Shown: positions 19,891 through 30,130 of the stretch, piece after piece | Layout of the letters: every line of letters starts with the position of its first letter | Position numbering within the stretch: position 1 is the stretch's first letter | Translations under genes and position numbers: made by a program | Assembly: GCA_963748625.1 (NCBI GenBank) | Contig: CAVVJT010000007.1 | Coordinates: 960,001-1,024,000, forward strand | From: an uncultured Chloroflexia bacterium | Lineage (GTDB): Bacteria > Chloroflexota > Limnocylindria > Limnocylindrales > CSP1-4 | DNA: 64,000 bases | Direction: 5' to 3' | The notes under the pieces: model-generated | The model's database searches: none | The model's input: only the letters and a program-made list of their open reading frames with translations | What the model was told of the DNA's origin: nothing

Positions 19891-20775
19891 CTACCAGCCG
19901 CGGCTCGCGAGCCGCTCGGCCTCCGGGATCGCCGCCATCTCGATGCCGCGCATCGGCGCGCCGAGGCCCTTGGAGACCTCCGCGATGATCTTGGCGTCCG
20001 CGAAGTGCGTCGTGGCCTGGACGATGGCGTTCGCCATGCGGGCGGGATCCTCGGCCTTGAAGATGCCGGAGCCCACGAAGACGCCCTCGGCGCCCAGCTG
20101 CATCACCAGCGCGGCGTCCGCGGGGGTGCTGATGCCGCCCGCGACGAAGTTCACGACCGGGAGCTTCCCCTCGGCGGCGACCTGCTTGACCAGCTCGTAG
20201 GGGGCCTGCAGCTCCTTGGCCGCGACGAAGAGCTCGTCCTCGCGCAAGTGCTGGAGCCGGCGGATCTCGGCCAGGACGTCGCGCAGCTGGTGGACCGCCT
20301 CGACGACGTTGCCGGTGCCGGCCTCGCCCTTCGTGCGCATCATCGCCGCGCCCTCGTTGATCCGGCGCAGGGCCTCGCCGAGGTTCCGGCAGCCGCACAC
20401 GAACGGGACCTTGAAGGCGTGCTTGTCGATGTGGTTGCGCTCGTCCGCGGGGGTGAGGACCTCGGACTCGTCGATGTAGTCGACTCCCAGGGCCTCGAGC
20501 ACCTGCGCCTCGACGAAGTGGCCGATGCGCGCCTTGGCCATGACCGGGATGCTGACCGCCGCCATGATCCCCTCGATCATCGAGGGGTCGGACATGCGCG
20601 CCACGCCGCCGGAGGCGCGGATGTCGGACGGGACGCGCTCGAGCGCCATGACGGCGACGGCGCCCGCCTCTTCGGCGATGACGGCCTGCTCGGGGGTGAC
20701 GACGTCCATGATGACGCCGCCCTTGAGCATCTGGGCGAGGCCCTTCTTGGTGGCCCAGGTGGATGTTTCGGTCAT
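19891..20775 (-). CDS. pdxS: PLP synthase lyase subunit
   Basis: [41 protein letters not shown]; start could extend to GTG near 20868. Confidence 0.97.
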   Translation of the reverse strand: MTETSTWATKKGLAQMLKGGVIMDVVTPEQAVIAEEAGAVAVMALERVPSDIRASGGVARMSDPSMIEGIMAAVSIPVMAKARIGHFVEAQVLEALGVDYIDESEVLTPADERNHIDKHAFKVPFVCGCRNLGEALRRINEGAAMMRTKGEAGTGNVVEAVHQLRDVLAEIRRLQHLREDELFVAAKELQAPYELVKQVAAEGKLPVVNFVAGGISTPADAALVMQLGAEGVFVGSGIFKAEDPARMANAIVQATTHFADAKIIAEVSKGLGAPMRGIEMAAIPEAERLASRGW

Positions 20776-20925
20776 GGTCGTGGGGCTCTCCGGAGACGCG
20801 TGAGTGGTCGGCCGTCCAGGCTGGCCGCGGGGCGCTGGCCCGTTCGAACCGGTTCGGTCCGACGTCACGGCCGGATTATCGCACGGGCGCGCGCGCACCC
20901 GGTCCGTGGGACCATCGCGCGAGTG

Positions 20926-21315
20926 CTACAGGATGCGCGAGCGGCCCTCGATCCACGCGGTGAGCGCACCCTCGTCGAGGTCGCCCGCCGCGAGCGCAAG
21001 CACCGTTATGAGCGCCTCCTGGTTGCTGGCCGTGAGCTCTACGCCGTTTCGGGCGAGGAAGGCGACCATGACCACGAGAGCGACGCGCTTGTTGCCGTCC
21101 ACGTACGGATGGTCGCGAACGACGCCGTGGGCGTACGAGGCGGCAAGTCGGGCAAGTGACGAGTCCGGCTCGTAATGCCACCGCTGGCGCGGCCGTGCGA
21201 GGGCTGCCTCGAGCGCGTTCTCATCACGAAGGCCATGGGCCCCGCCGTGCTCCCGGACCTGGCGGAAGTGGATCTCATCCACGACGAGACGCCCGAGCCA
21301 CCTCGGCTCAGCCAT
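20926..21315 (-). CDS. Doc (death-on-curing, Fic family) toxin
   Basis: HGGAHGLRD, ALARP, HPYVDGNKRVA Doc motif. Confidence 0.92.
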   Translation of the reverse strand: MAEPRWLGRLVVDEIHFRQVREHGGAHGLRDENALEAALARPRQRWHYEPDSSLARLAASYAHGVVRDHPYVDGNKRVALVVMVAFLARNGVELTASNQEALITVLALAAGDLDEGALTAWIEGRSRIL

Positions 21316-21317
21316 CG

Positions 21318-21545
21318 TCAACGGGCGAGCTCACGCAGCGCGGGGCGATAGCGCTTGGCGGCGTCCCGCGCGGCCGCGAGGTCCGCGTCAAGATCCTCCG
21401 TGTAGGGCGTCAGCAGGATGCCCTGCTCGGTCTCGATCGCCAGCACCCGGTCCCCGGGCGCAAGGTCGAGCCGGTCCACCATCTCCTTGGGAAGTGTCGT
21501 GCCGACGGACCCGCCGACGCGGCGAAGGGTGATCGCGCGTGCCAT
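21318..21545 (-). CDS. AbrB/MazE-family antitoxin
   Basis: LRRVGGSVGTTLPKEM swapped-hairpin start; YRPALRELA C-terminus; directly upstream of the Doc toxin. Confidence 0.88.
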   Translation of the reverse strand: MARAITLRRVGGSVGTTLPKEMVDRLDLAPGDRVLAIETEQGILLTPYTEDLDADLAAARDAAKRYRPALRELAR

Positions 21546-21553
21546 GTGGCGGA

Positions 21554-21575
21554 CAGTAGCACAGACGTGCTACTG
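21554..21575. promoter_or_regulatory. Probable TA autoregulatory operator overlapping the -10 (TACTGT, minus strand)
   Basis: Perfect inverted repeat CAGTAGCAC-AGAC-GTGCTACTG. Confidence 0.7.
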
Positions 21576-22038
21576 ACTCTTGACAGGGCCCGGGACGGAG
21601 AGATCGGCGCACCCGGCTGCCGGTCCGGTCTCCATGAGCGCCGCCTGTGCCTGCGCCAGTTGCGCTCGCACGTCGGTCCCGTCGTTCGCCCCAGCGCCGA
21701 GTGTCACCTGCACGCCGCGGCTCAGCGCGATCGCCTCCTCGAACTGCGCGAGGTACGCGCCGTAGTCCCCGGGGTTGCGTTTCACCTCAGCGAGGCGGGA
21801 CTCGGCAGCGGCCAGGTTGACATCCGCAGCCTTCAGGAGGTCCGCGACCGCGGCGGCGTCACCTCCACTCAGGGCGTCGATCGCATCGCCCGAGCTGCGA
21901 GTTGCCGATCCGCCCGTAGGCAGCCGCCTCACACATCGGGAGCATCGGCGGCCGCGCGCAGGCTCCGACCGCGAGAGCCATTGTCACCAGCATGGGCAGA
22001 GATACAGCCAGGCCTTTGGTCCAGTCACGCCGCGTCAT
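21570..22038 (-). CDS. Hypothetical lipoprotein, split by a frameshift near 21900
   Basis: Signal-like MLVTMALAVGAC in one frame; Ala-rich helical body continues in another frame to the stop at 21570. Confidence 0.45.
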
Positions 22039-22118
22039 GCGTCGTCGCCACGTTGCCATTCGTCGAGCCTTTGCGGGACCCACGCCCGCATCGTGAACCT
22101 GCGTTCCGGCCGGGTGTC

Positions 22119-22868
22119 TCAGCGGACCAGCGTCTTCACGACCCCCGACATCAGCTGCGTCGCGCGGCGCGCCGTCGTCGGGGAAAGCCGGCTCAATGCC
22201 TCGACCAGGCCCAGCACGTCCTCGTCGGGGAGGCCGTCGAGCAGCGTGACCAGGCGCAGGATCGTGTCGTCGGGGACGTCGCCCAAGAGGCGCACGGCCC
22301 GCTCCAGCTCGGTCGGCTCCAGGCGCGAGACGAGGCCCACGGCGCGGTCGAACAACTGGACGAAGATCAGGAACGTCGAGAGCCAGTCGCGCAGCCGGAG
22401 CAGGTCCGCGTCGCCCGGGCTCCGGGCCAGCGCGACGGATGTGTCGGCCAGCGTGCGCTCGAGGACTTCGACGATGGGGTCGCCCTCGCGCATCTTCCGC
22501 TCGGCGACGACGCGCCCGAACCAGCGCCAGTGATCGCCAACCGCGAGATAGGCGGTGCCGGCGGGACCACGACGTCCGACGCGCCGCGGCTCGGCCACGC
22601 GCTCCACGAGGCCCCAGGATTCGGCTTCGGCGAGGGCGAGGCTGGCGGCGCGGTGGGAGAGGTTGAGGGCCTCGCGGACCTCGCGCTCCGTGAGCGGTTC
22701 GGCGCGGGCCATGAGGTAGGCGTGGACGCGGGCGATGGCCGGGGCGACACCCCAGGCGGCCCCGAGCTCGCCCCAGTCGTTCGCCAGCCGGAGGCGGATC
22801 TCCTCCGCGATGGGCGAGGGCACGCGCAGCGGCGCGTCCGGTGCGGGCAGTGGGGCGGCGTCGGTCAC
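22119..22868 (-). CDS. GbsR/MarR-family transcriptional regulator with helical C-terminal extension
   Basis: WGELGAAWGVAPAIARVHAYL...LSHRAASLALAEAESWGLV winged-HTH pattern. Confidence 0.8.
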   Translation of the reverse strand: MTDAAPLPAPDAPLRVPSPIAEEIRLRLANDWGELGAAWGVAPAIARVHAYLMARAEPLTEREVREALNLSHRAASLALAEAESWGLVERVAEPRRVGRRGPAGTAYLAVGDHWRWFGRVVAERKMREGDPIVEVLERTLADTSVALARSPGDADLLRLRDWLSTFLIFVQLFDRAVGLVSRLEPTELERAVRLLGDVPDDTILRLVTLLDGLPDEDVLGLVEALSRLSPTTARRATQLMSGVVKTLVR

Positions 22869-22936
22869 GTGCGGATCGTAACGCCCGGGGATGAAACCTG
22901 TACCCGCCGGTTAGCAGATTTCCCGTCCGCAACCGG

Positions 22937-23449
22937 TCACTGGGGAGCGCCGAAGAGGATGAGCTGGACGGTCAGGAAGGGGTCCGCGGTGGAATCCACC
23001 TCGACCGTGCACGACGCCACGGTCACCGCCTCGCCCTGCACGGTGAACGTGTAGATCTGCTCCTGCCCGTCAACGTTGACGGGACACTCCCCGGTGAATG
23101 GAGTCCCGAGGATCGCCTCCCAGTCGGCCTGCTCGATGGCGTCGACAAGTCGCGCGATCGCCTGGTCGTCGAGCCGCGTCGACATCCCGTCCGAGGTCTC
23201 CACCGTGCCATCCCGGCTGATCACGGCCTTCATCCCGCAGGGGCCACCGGGACACTCCCCGCCGCGCGTCTCGTACGTGACGAGGACACCGGCCTGCGCT
23301 TCGGTGCTGGAGCCCGGGACGGCTGTGGGCTCGGGTGCGACGGGTGTCGGCGCTGGGCCGCCTGTCGCCGAGGGCGTCGGTGCCGGGCCGCCACATGCGG
23401 CAAGCACGAGCATGGCGACGAGCAGGAGGAGCGGCTTCGCGTTCGGCAT
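22937..23449 (-). CDS. Lipoprotein with four conserved-looking Cys
   Basis: Lipobox LVLAAC, Pro/Thr-rich linker, GGECPGGPC and CPVNVDG motifs. Confidence 0.75.
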   Translation of the reverse strand: MPNAKPLLLLVAMLVLAACGGPAPTPSATGGPAPTPVAPEPTAVPGSSTEAQAGVLVTYETRGGECPGGPCGMKAVISRDGTVETSDGMSTRLDDQAIARLVDAIEQADWEAILGTPFTGECPVNVDGQEQIYTFTVQGEAVTVASCTVEVDSTADPFLTVQLILFGAPQ

Positions 23450-23486
23450 GGCGTCCCGACGGTACCGCGCCCGGTAGAGTTCCCGC

Positions 23487-24561
23487 ATGGCACCCCGCTT
23501 CGAGCATGGCGCGCTGGACGCGCCCTTCGACATCGCGCGCCGCCAGGTGGAGCACGGCGACGTCCCTTTCGTGGTCCTCGGCATCGCCTGCGCGGACGGC
23601 CTGGTCCGGCTCGAAGCTGTGTCGGCGGCAGAGGGCCTGCGCATCGGCACCAGCGCGGTCTGCCTGCTGGCGTCGATCACGAAGCCCATCACCGCGTCGC
23701 TGGTCATGAGGCTGGCCTCCACGGGGCGGTTCCCGCTCACCGTCCCGCTGGACCGCTGGCTCCCCGAGCTGCCCGCGGCGGGCCTCGCGCCGTTCACGGC
23801 CTGGCACGTGCTGACGCCACACGACCGGCCTGTCCGACATCGACCTGGTCGACCTGGTGATGCGGGGCGGCGGCCGCACGGAGGTCGTCACGGAGACCAT
23901 CGCCAAGGGCCAGGGCTGGGCGCCGGGGAGCCGCTTCCTCTACACGACCTTCTCCTTCGACCTGCTCGCGCTCGCCATCGAGCGGGCGTTGGACCGGCCG
24001 TTCGACACGCTCCTGCGCGAGGAGATCCTCGACCCGCTCGGCATGGTGGACACGTCCTTCGACATGGCGGCATCGGGGGAGCGTCGGGCCCCGGTCGAGT
24101 TCGGCGGCTGGGATGGGACGGTCCGGGCGCTGCCGCCGGGCGTCACCGCCGAGCAGGCGGTCGCGGGGTACGCGGCCCCACGGCTGGCAGGCGGCGGGCT
24201 GTTCTCGACGGCGTCGGACCTGCTGCGCTTCGGGCGGGCGATGCTGCGTGGCGGCGAGCTCGACGGGATGCGGGTGCTGGGGCGGTCGGTGGTGGACCTG
24301 ATGACCCGCGAGGTCACGGTGGGCGGCCTGGGCCGCATGGAGGACCGGCTGACCGACGAGCACTACGCGCTGGGCTGGGGGAAGCGAGGGGTTGTGTCAC
24401 CGGCGTCGGCATCGGCGTTCGGGCACGGCGGGGTGTCTGGGACGCGGCTCTGGATCGATCCCGCGCACGACCTGGTGTTCGTCTACCTCACGGGGAAGTG
24501 GGGCGGCGGGCGCGAGGCGATCGACGAGGTCCTGCTGGCGGTCTACGCAGCGCTCGGCTGA
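23487..24561 (+). CDS. Serine hydrolase (beta-lactamase class C-like), one-base frameshift near 23817
   Basis: SITK (SxxK); HVLT/HTTGL split by an extra C; PGSRFLY, DPLGMVDT, FGHGG. Confidence 0.85.
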
Positions 24562-24581
24562 CGGGTCGAACTGACGACGGA

Positions 24582-24818
24582 CTAGCGGTCGTCGTGGATG
24601 GGGTCGTCCACGGGCCTCGCGCAGCCCAGGACGCGACAGCGGGGCGGGTGGCCCTGGCGCGGTTGCGCGACGCGGACGTGGTAGACGCCCGTCCCGGCAT
24701 CGGTGCCGGTGGTCGCGATCAGCGCCCACTCGTCGGGTGGCGCCTTGAAGGCGTGCGGGCTGGCCGGATCGATGGAGAGGGCGTGGCCCGGTTTCCCGGT
24801 GGTCGGAGGGAAGTGCAT
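24582..24818 (-). CDS. Small hypothetical protein
   Basis: 78-aa ORF preceded by GAGGAG; no recognisable motif. Confidence 0.4.
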   Translation of the reverse strand: MHFPPTTGKPGHALSIDPASPHAFKAPPDEWALIATTGTDAGTGVYHVRVAQPRQGHPPRCRVLGCARPVDDPIHDDR

Positions 24819-24923
24819 CGCGGCTCCTCGAGGCGGTGTCCGCGCATGTGACGTTCGGGCGTTGCGGATGTAACGCGCGAGGCGCAGCCTGCGTCACAGC
24901 GATCGGCCGTATCCGCAGGGGTC

Positions 24924-25340
24924 ATGGACGTGTCGAGAGCGCAGCCGGACTGGGAAGCCACACGGGCGATCGTCCAGGCGACGATCGTGGCTGCGTTGCG
25001 GGACTTCGTGGCGGCGTTGCCCGAGGGCCGCTCCATCCGTGTCGAGGCCGACGGGCACGTGGTCCTGGTGCACGACGGGCGCACGTGGCGCTGGTGGGTG
25101 GATCCGGAGGCCACCGGGAACATCGGCACGTTCGTGGACTCGCCGTCCTATGTGCCATGGCAGATCGAGATCTGGGTCCGAGACGATCCACCCCATGCGC
25201 CGGGCATGGCCGAACGCCTGCGGAACGCGGTGTCACCGCACTCGCACGCGACGGGGATCATCCGTGCCGGCGAGGACGACCCGGCCGGCCGCGCGCTCGC
25301 GATCGTGCGCAAGGAGCTCGCGCGCCAGGCATCCCTCTGA
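24924..25340 (+). CDS. Hypothetical protein
   Basis: 138-aa ORF with AGGGG RBS and protein-like composition. Confidence 0.55.
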   Translation: MDVSRAQPDWEATRAIVQATIVAALRDFVAALPEGRSIRVEADGHVVLVHDGRTWRWWVDPEATGNIGTFVDSPSYVPWQIEIWVRDDPPHAPGMAERLRNAVSPHSHATGIIRAGEDDPAGRALAIVRKELARQASL

Positions 25341-25387
25341 GGGTAAGAGACAGGACAGCAGCGCAGGGCAGAGCGGAGAGAGCAGTC

Positions 25388-26923
25388 ATGCTGACCATCC
25401 ATCGGTTCGCGTTCGCGACTGGCGCGCTCGCCCTGGTCCTGGTGGCATGCGGTACGCCCACGCCAACAAGCCCCGTGACGGCGACGGTGACGACGACAAC
25501 GGCGGAGCCGGCCGGCTCCACGCCCGCCACGACGCCGGACGTGTCGACCCCGGCACCGACGGCCCGGCCGACGTCCGCCGCCGATGCGGGGATCCGCTGG
25601 GTGCGCAGCGGCCTCGGGCTCGAGCTTGGCGTCCTCGAGGTCCCGCTCGACTACGCGGATCCCAGCGGACGACAAATCGTCATCCCGCTCGCGAGGCGCG
25701 TAGCCTCCGACCCGGCGAACCGGATCGGCACGCTGCTGTTCATCGCGGGCGGTCCCGGCGGGGCGGGCACGGACTACGTCCAGCGAGCGCTCAACCTGGG
25801 CCTTCCAGCGGGAATCCTCGAGCGGTTCGACCTCGTCTCCTTCGACCCTCGGGGAACCCCGGCCGGCACGGGCAGCCCCCGGGTGGACTGCGCGATCGGC
25901 GCCGAGGCGCAGACACAGCTCGCGTCACTCACGCCTGCTGATCCGGCGGACCTGGATGTCGCCGACGTCCAGGCATGGACGCCGATCGTCCGGGACGCCT
26001 GTGAGCAGGGCAGCCAGGGCATCCTCCCCTACCTGGACACTGGCAGCACGATCCAGGACATCGAGCGGATCCGGCTGGCGCTGGGAGAGCAGCAGCTGTC
26101 GATCACGGGCCAGTCATGGGGAACGCTCGCTGGCGCGCTATATGCCGACGCACATCCAGACCGGGTGCGGGCGCTGGTGCTCGACGCGCCCTTGGATCCC
26201 GCCCTCGGCCAGCTGGCGTTCACGCGGGACAAGGCCAAGGCGGCGCAGGCCGGCCTCGACGGGTTCCTCGCGTGGTGCGCCGATACGCCGTCATGCGCGT
26301 TCCATTCGGACGGCGACCCACGCGCGGCACTCGACACGCTGCTGGAGTCGCTGATCCGGACACCGGGCGCGCTCACCGCCTACGACGTCGCCGATGGGCT
26401 GTTCCTGGCTCTCCAGGACCACCCGGCCGAGGAGGTGGCCGATGCACTCGCTGCGGCACGGGACGGGGACACGGCGACGATCGCCGGTTGGGCAAGTCCT
26501 GAGAGCAGCCCCCACCTCGGCGAGTACGGTCTCTCCGTCCTCTGCCCTGACCTGGCGGCACCGTCCGAGCCGGCCGAGTACGCCCGCCTGGCCGATGAGC
26601 TCCGATCGAGCGCCCCGGACTACGCCGTGTGGGCGGTGCTTGAGGCCGGGTGCGTGGACTGGCCCCAGGCCGCCGCGCGCGATGTCCAGCCGGTGCGCGC
26701 TGCAGGAGCGCCGCCCATCCTCATCCTGTCCGGGACCGAGGACATGCTCACGCCGCATGCCTGGGCCGAGGCGCTCGAACGGGAGTTGGCCGACGCCACC
26801 CTCCTGACGAGGGCGAGCAAGGATCACGGCAGCCTCTTCCGCGGCGACGCGTGCATCGACGCAGCGGTGGCCGACTACCTGGTCAACCTCGCGATGCCGG
26901 CGAAGGGCACGACCTGCGACTGA
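25388..26923 (+). CDS. Alpha/beta-hydrolase lipoprotein (tripeptidyl-aminopeptidase/TAP-like)
   Basis: Lipobox LVAC, VPLDY, GGPGG, FDPRG, GQSWG nucleophile elbow, C-terminal D and HG. Confidence 0.9.
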   Translation: MLTIHRFAFATGALALVLVACGTPTPTSPVTATVTTTTAEPAGSTPATTPDVSTPAPTARPTSAADAGIRWVRSGLGLELGVLEVPLDYADPSGRQIVIPLARRVASDPANRIGTLLFIAGGPGGAGTDYVQRALNLGLPAGILERFDLVSFDPRGTPAGTGSPRVDCAIGAEAQTQLASLTPADPADLDVADVQAWTPIVRDACEQGSQGILPYLDTGSTIQDIERIRLALGEQQLSITGQSWGTLAGALYADAHPDRVRALVLDAPLDPALGQLAFTRDKAKAAQAGLDGFLAWCADTPSCAFHSDGDPRAALDTLLESLIRTPGALTAYDVADGLFLALQDHPAEEVADALAAARDGDTATIAGWASPESSPHLGEYGLSVLCPDLAAPSEPAEYARLADELRSSAPDYAVWAVLEAGCVDWPQAAARDVQPVRAAGAPPILILSGTEDMLTPHAWAEALERELADATLLTRASKDHGSLFRGDACIDAAVADYLVNLAMPAKGTTCD

Positions 26924-26936
26924 CCGGTGGGCCCGG

Positions 26937-27311
26937 TCAGGCCTCCGGTTCGAGCACGAAGAGATCGCCCCAGTCGGAGCGTTCTGCGATGGAGCCCATC
27001 TTCGCCTTGAGCTCCGCGAGCGCTGCTGGCCGGTCGGCCTCCGCGATCAGGCGCGCGCGGTAGCGCCGCTCGTCGCTCTTGATCCGGAACGCGCAGGCCG
27101 GGTTGGCCTTGAGGTTCGCGGTCCAGCCGCGGTTCTCCTTCGACCCCGACCCGATCAGCACGGTCCCGTCCGCCCGCAGCACGTAACCAAGCGGTGCGGT
27201 GCGGCGCAGCCCGGTCTTCGCGCCCGTGGACGTGAGCATGCCCACCCGGCCGCTCCGGACCATGAGGGAGCCACCGATGGAGTTGAACGCACGGGTGAGG
27301 CGGTTGGGCAC
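26937..27311 (-). CDS. Deazaflavin (F420)-dependent nitroreductase family protein
   Basis: LTSTGAKTGLRRTAPL and WTANLKANP motifs; GGAGA RBS before GTG 27311. Confidence 0.85.
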   Translation of the reverse strand: MPNRLTRAFNSIGGSLMVRSGRVGMLTSTGAKTGLRRTAPLGYVLRADGTVLIGSGSKENRGWTANLKANPACAFRIKSDERRYRARLIAEADRPAALAELKAKMGSIAERSDWGDLFVLEPEA

Positions 27312-27342
27312 GTGAGTCTCCGGGCATGGCATGACAGAGCAG

Positions 27343-27508
27343 GGCTCCAGTGTGCCAGCAGCACGGGTGGTGCTATCGGCACGCAGTCCGGGCGGAATCC
27401 GGCGCCGAAGGGCGGTCCTGGGCCTCATTCCAGCACGGGTCGTGCTGGGCGCGCGGATAGCGACGGGAATCGAGCGCGTTCCGCCCATCGATAGCACCGT
27501 GGAGTCTG
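27343..27508. repeat. Triple 17-bp palindrome element, family B, copy 2
   Basis: Boxes at 27359-27375, 27431-27447 and 27492-27508 (degenerate); spacing 72/61 bp versus 71/61 bp in copy 1. Confidence 0.65.
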
Positions 27509-27539
27509 CACGGCCGTTGACACGGCTCCGTGAGGCACC

Positions 27540-27567
27540 TTGACACGGCGAGTCCCGGTGGTACGCT
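27540..27567 (+). promoter_or_regulatory. Sigma70-type promoter of the BMC operon
   Basis: TTGACA (27540-27545), 16 bp spacer, TG-n-TACGCT extended -10; a second TTGACACGGC at 27517. Confidence 0.7.
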
Positions 27568-27577
27568 CGCAGTGATG

Positions 27578-27612
27578 TGCACAGATGAGCGTTGGTAATG
27601 CTCACTTGAGCA
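27578..27612. promoter_or_regulatory. Tandem operators for the SorC-family regulator
   Basis: TGCACAGATGAGCG (27578-27591) and TGCTCACTTGAGCA (27599-27612): TGCTCA-N2-TGAGCA palindromes 21 bp apart, just downstream of the -10. Confidence 0.7.
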
Positions 27613-27628
27613 GTCCACGGGAGAAGCG

Positions 27629-28603
27629 GTGCTCGCAGTACGGCGACGGAGTGCAGGCGATGTCCGGCTCATGGTCCGGATCGCGCAGATGTACTACCGG
27701 CTGCACCTGAGCCAGGAGCAGATCGGGCAGCGGCTCGGCCTGAGCCGGTTCAAGGTGGGCCGTATGCTGGATCGCGCCATCGACGAGCAGATCGTGCGCA
27801 TCGAGATCGTCCATCCGGCCGCCCGCCTCGTGGAGCTGGAGGACCGGTTGACCGAGCGGTTCGGGCTGGTGGCTGCCGTCGTGGCAGATGTGCCCGCGAT
27901 CGCCGCCGGGGCGGCCGCCGATGACCTCGCCCGGGACGCGGTCGCGGATCTCGCTGCGGAGCTCCTTGCCGAGCGTGCGCCGCACGGGACCATCGCCGTC
28001 TCCTGGGGCCGCACGATGCTCGCCGTCGCCCGTGCGCTCACGCCGGCCTGGACCCAGGCAGACGAGATCGTCCAGCTCAACGGCGCCTCCTCGCGTTCCG
28101 CCCAGCCCACCCGTGCAAACGAGATCCTGGAGCGGTTCGCCGCAACGAGTGGCGCGGAGTTCCGTCTCCTCAACGCGCCCGCGATCGTGGGCACGCCGGC
28201 CCTGCGGGACGCGCTGCTGGAGGATCCCGCGATCCGCGAGACCATCGACGCGGCACGCCGGGCCCCGACCGCCGTGTTCGGCCTCGGCATTCCCGCACCG
28301 GACAGCCCCCACCTCGCGTCGGGCTTCGTGTCCGAGGAGGAGCAGGACAAGCTGCGCTCGCGGGGCGCCGTCGGCGACGTGATCGGGCGGTTCCTGCGCG
28401 AGGACGGGGAGATCGCCTGGCCGAAGCTGGACAGGCGCACCGTGGGCCTGTCCCTCGACGACCTGCGCGCCAAGCCGCTCCGCCTGGGCGTGGCGGCCGG
28501 TATGGGACGCGGGCCTATCGCGCTCGCCGCCATCCGCGCTGGTGCGCTCAATGCGCTCGCCTGCGATGACGCGACGGCCGAGTGGGTGCTGGCCAATGGC
28601 TGA
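27629..28603 (+). CDS. SorC/DeoR-family sugar-binding transcriptional regulator
   Basis: IAQMYY...SQEQIGQRLGLSRFKVGRML HTH; AVSWGRT, GAVGDVIGRF sugar-binding domain. Confidence 0.93.
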   Translation: MLAVRRRSAGDVRLMVRIAQMYYRLHLSQEQIGQRLGLSRFKVGRMLDRAIDEQIVRIEIVHPAARLVELEDRLTERFGLVAAVVADVPAIAAGAAADDLARDAVADLAAELLAERAPHGTIAVSWGRTMLAVARALTPAWTQADEIVQLNGASSRSAQPTRANEILERFAATSGAEFRLLNAPAIVGTPALRDALLEDPAIRETIDAARRAPTAVFGLGIPAPDSPHLASGFVSEEEQDKLRSRGAVGDVIGRFLREDGEIAWPKLDRRTVGLSLDDLRAKPLRLGVAAGMGRGPIALAAIRAGALNALACDDATAEWVLANG

Positions 28604-29224
28604 GCCGCGACGACTCCCCGACGAGGCCGTGATCCGCCAGCTGGTGGAGCGGGCACTCGAAGCCGTGGAAGCGAACACATCGACAGCGGCAGCGACGCCT
28701 GTGCCTGCGCCCAGCACCGCTCCCTCGCTGTCGGCCGGCACCAACCCGTCCGCTCCGCGGACCGTTGCCATCGGCGCGGACCACGGCGGCTTCGCCCTCA
28801 AAGCCGTCCTCGCCAAGCACCTGGGCGCCAAGGGCTTCGGCGTGACCGATTGCGGCACGAACAGCGCCGACGCCGTGGACTACCCGGACTTCGCCCACGT
28901 CGTCGCCCGCCTGGTCGCGTCGGGCGCCTGCGACGCCGGCATCGTCATCGACGGGGCCGGGATCGGCAGCGCCATGGCCGCCAACAAGGTGCCCGGCGTG
29001 CGCGCCGCCAACGCCCACGACACGTCGATGGCCCGAAACGCCCGTGAGCACAACTACGCCAACGTGCTGACCCTGGGCGCGCGCATGATCGGCGAGGGCA
29101 TGGCTCTCGAGGTCGCAGACGTCTTTCTCACCACCCCGTGGGGCGCCGAACGCCACGGCAAGCGCGTGGCCAAGATCACCCAGATCGAACAGCAGTATCG
29201 AACCGTCACCGAGGACCCCAAGCG

Positions 29225-29228
<4 letters not shown>
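28596..29228 (+). CDS. rpiB: RpiB/LacA-family sugar-phosphate isomerase with N-terminal encapsulation peptide
   Basis: [51 protein letters not shown]; amphipathic helix [15 protein letters not shown] plus P/A/S/T linker. Confidence 0.93.

Positions 29229-30116
<888 letters not shown>

Positions 30117-30130
<14 letters not shown>

Noticed and set aside
21554-21575. TA operator as another family B palindrome
   Set aside because: Spacer is one base shorter (TAGCA-N6-TGCTA), single copy, and overlaps the antitoxin -10, so better explained as an autoregulatory site
23487-24561. Beta-lactam resistance gene
   Set aside because: No signal peptide and a divergent YxN motif; more likely a cytoplasmic esterase or amidase
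24840-24920. Crossed inverted repeats (tgtgacg/cgtcaca, tgcggat/atccgca) as a structured RNA
   Set aside because: Only 7-bp matches in a divergent promoter gap, with no second copy or covariation evidence
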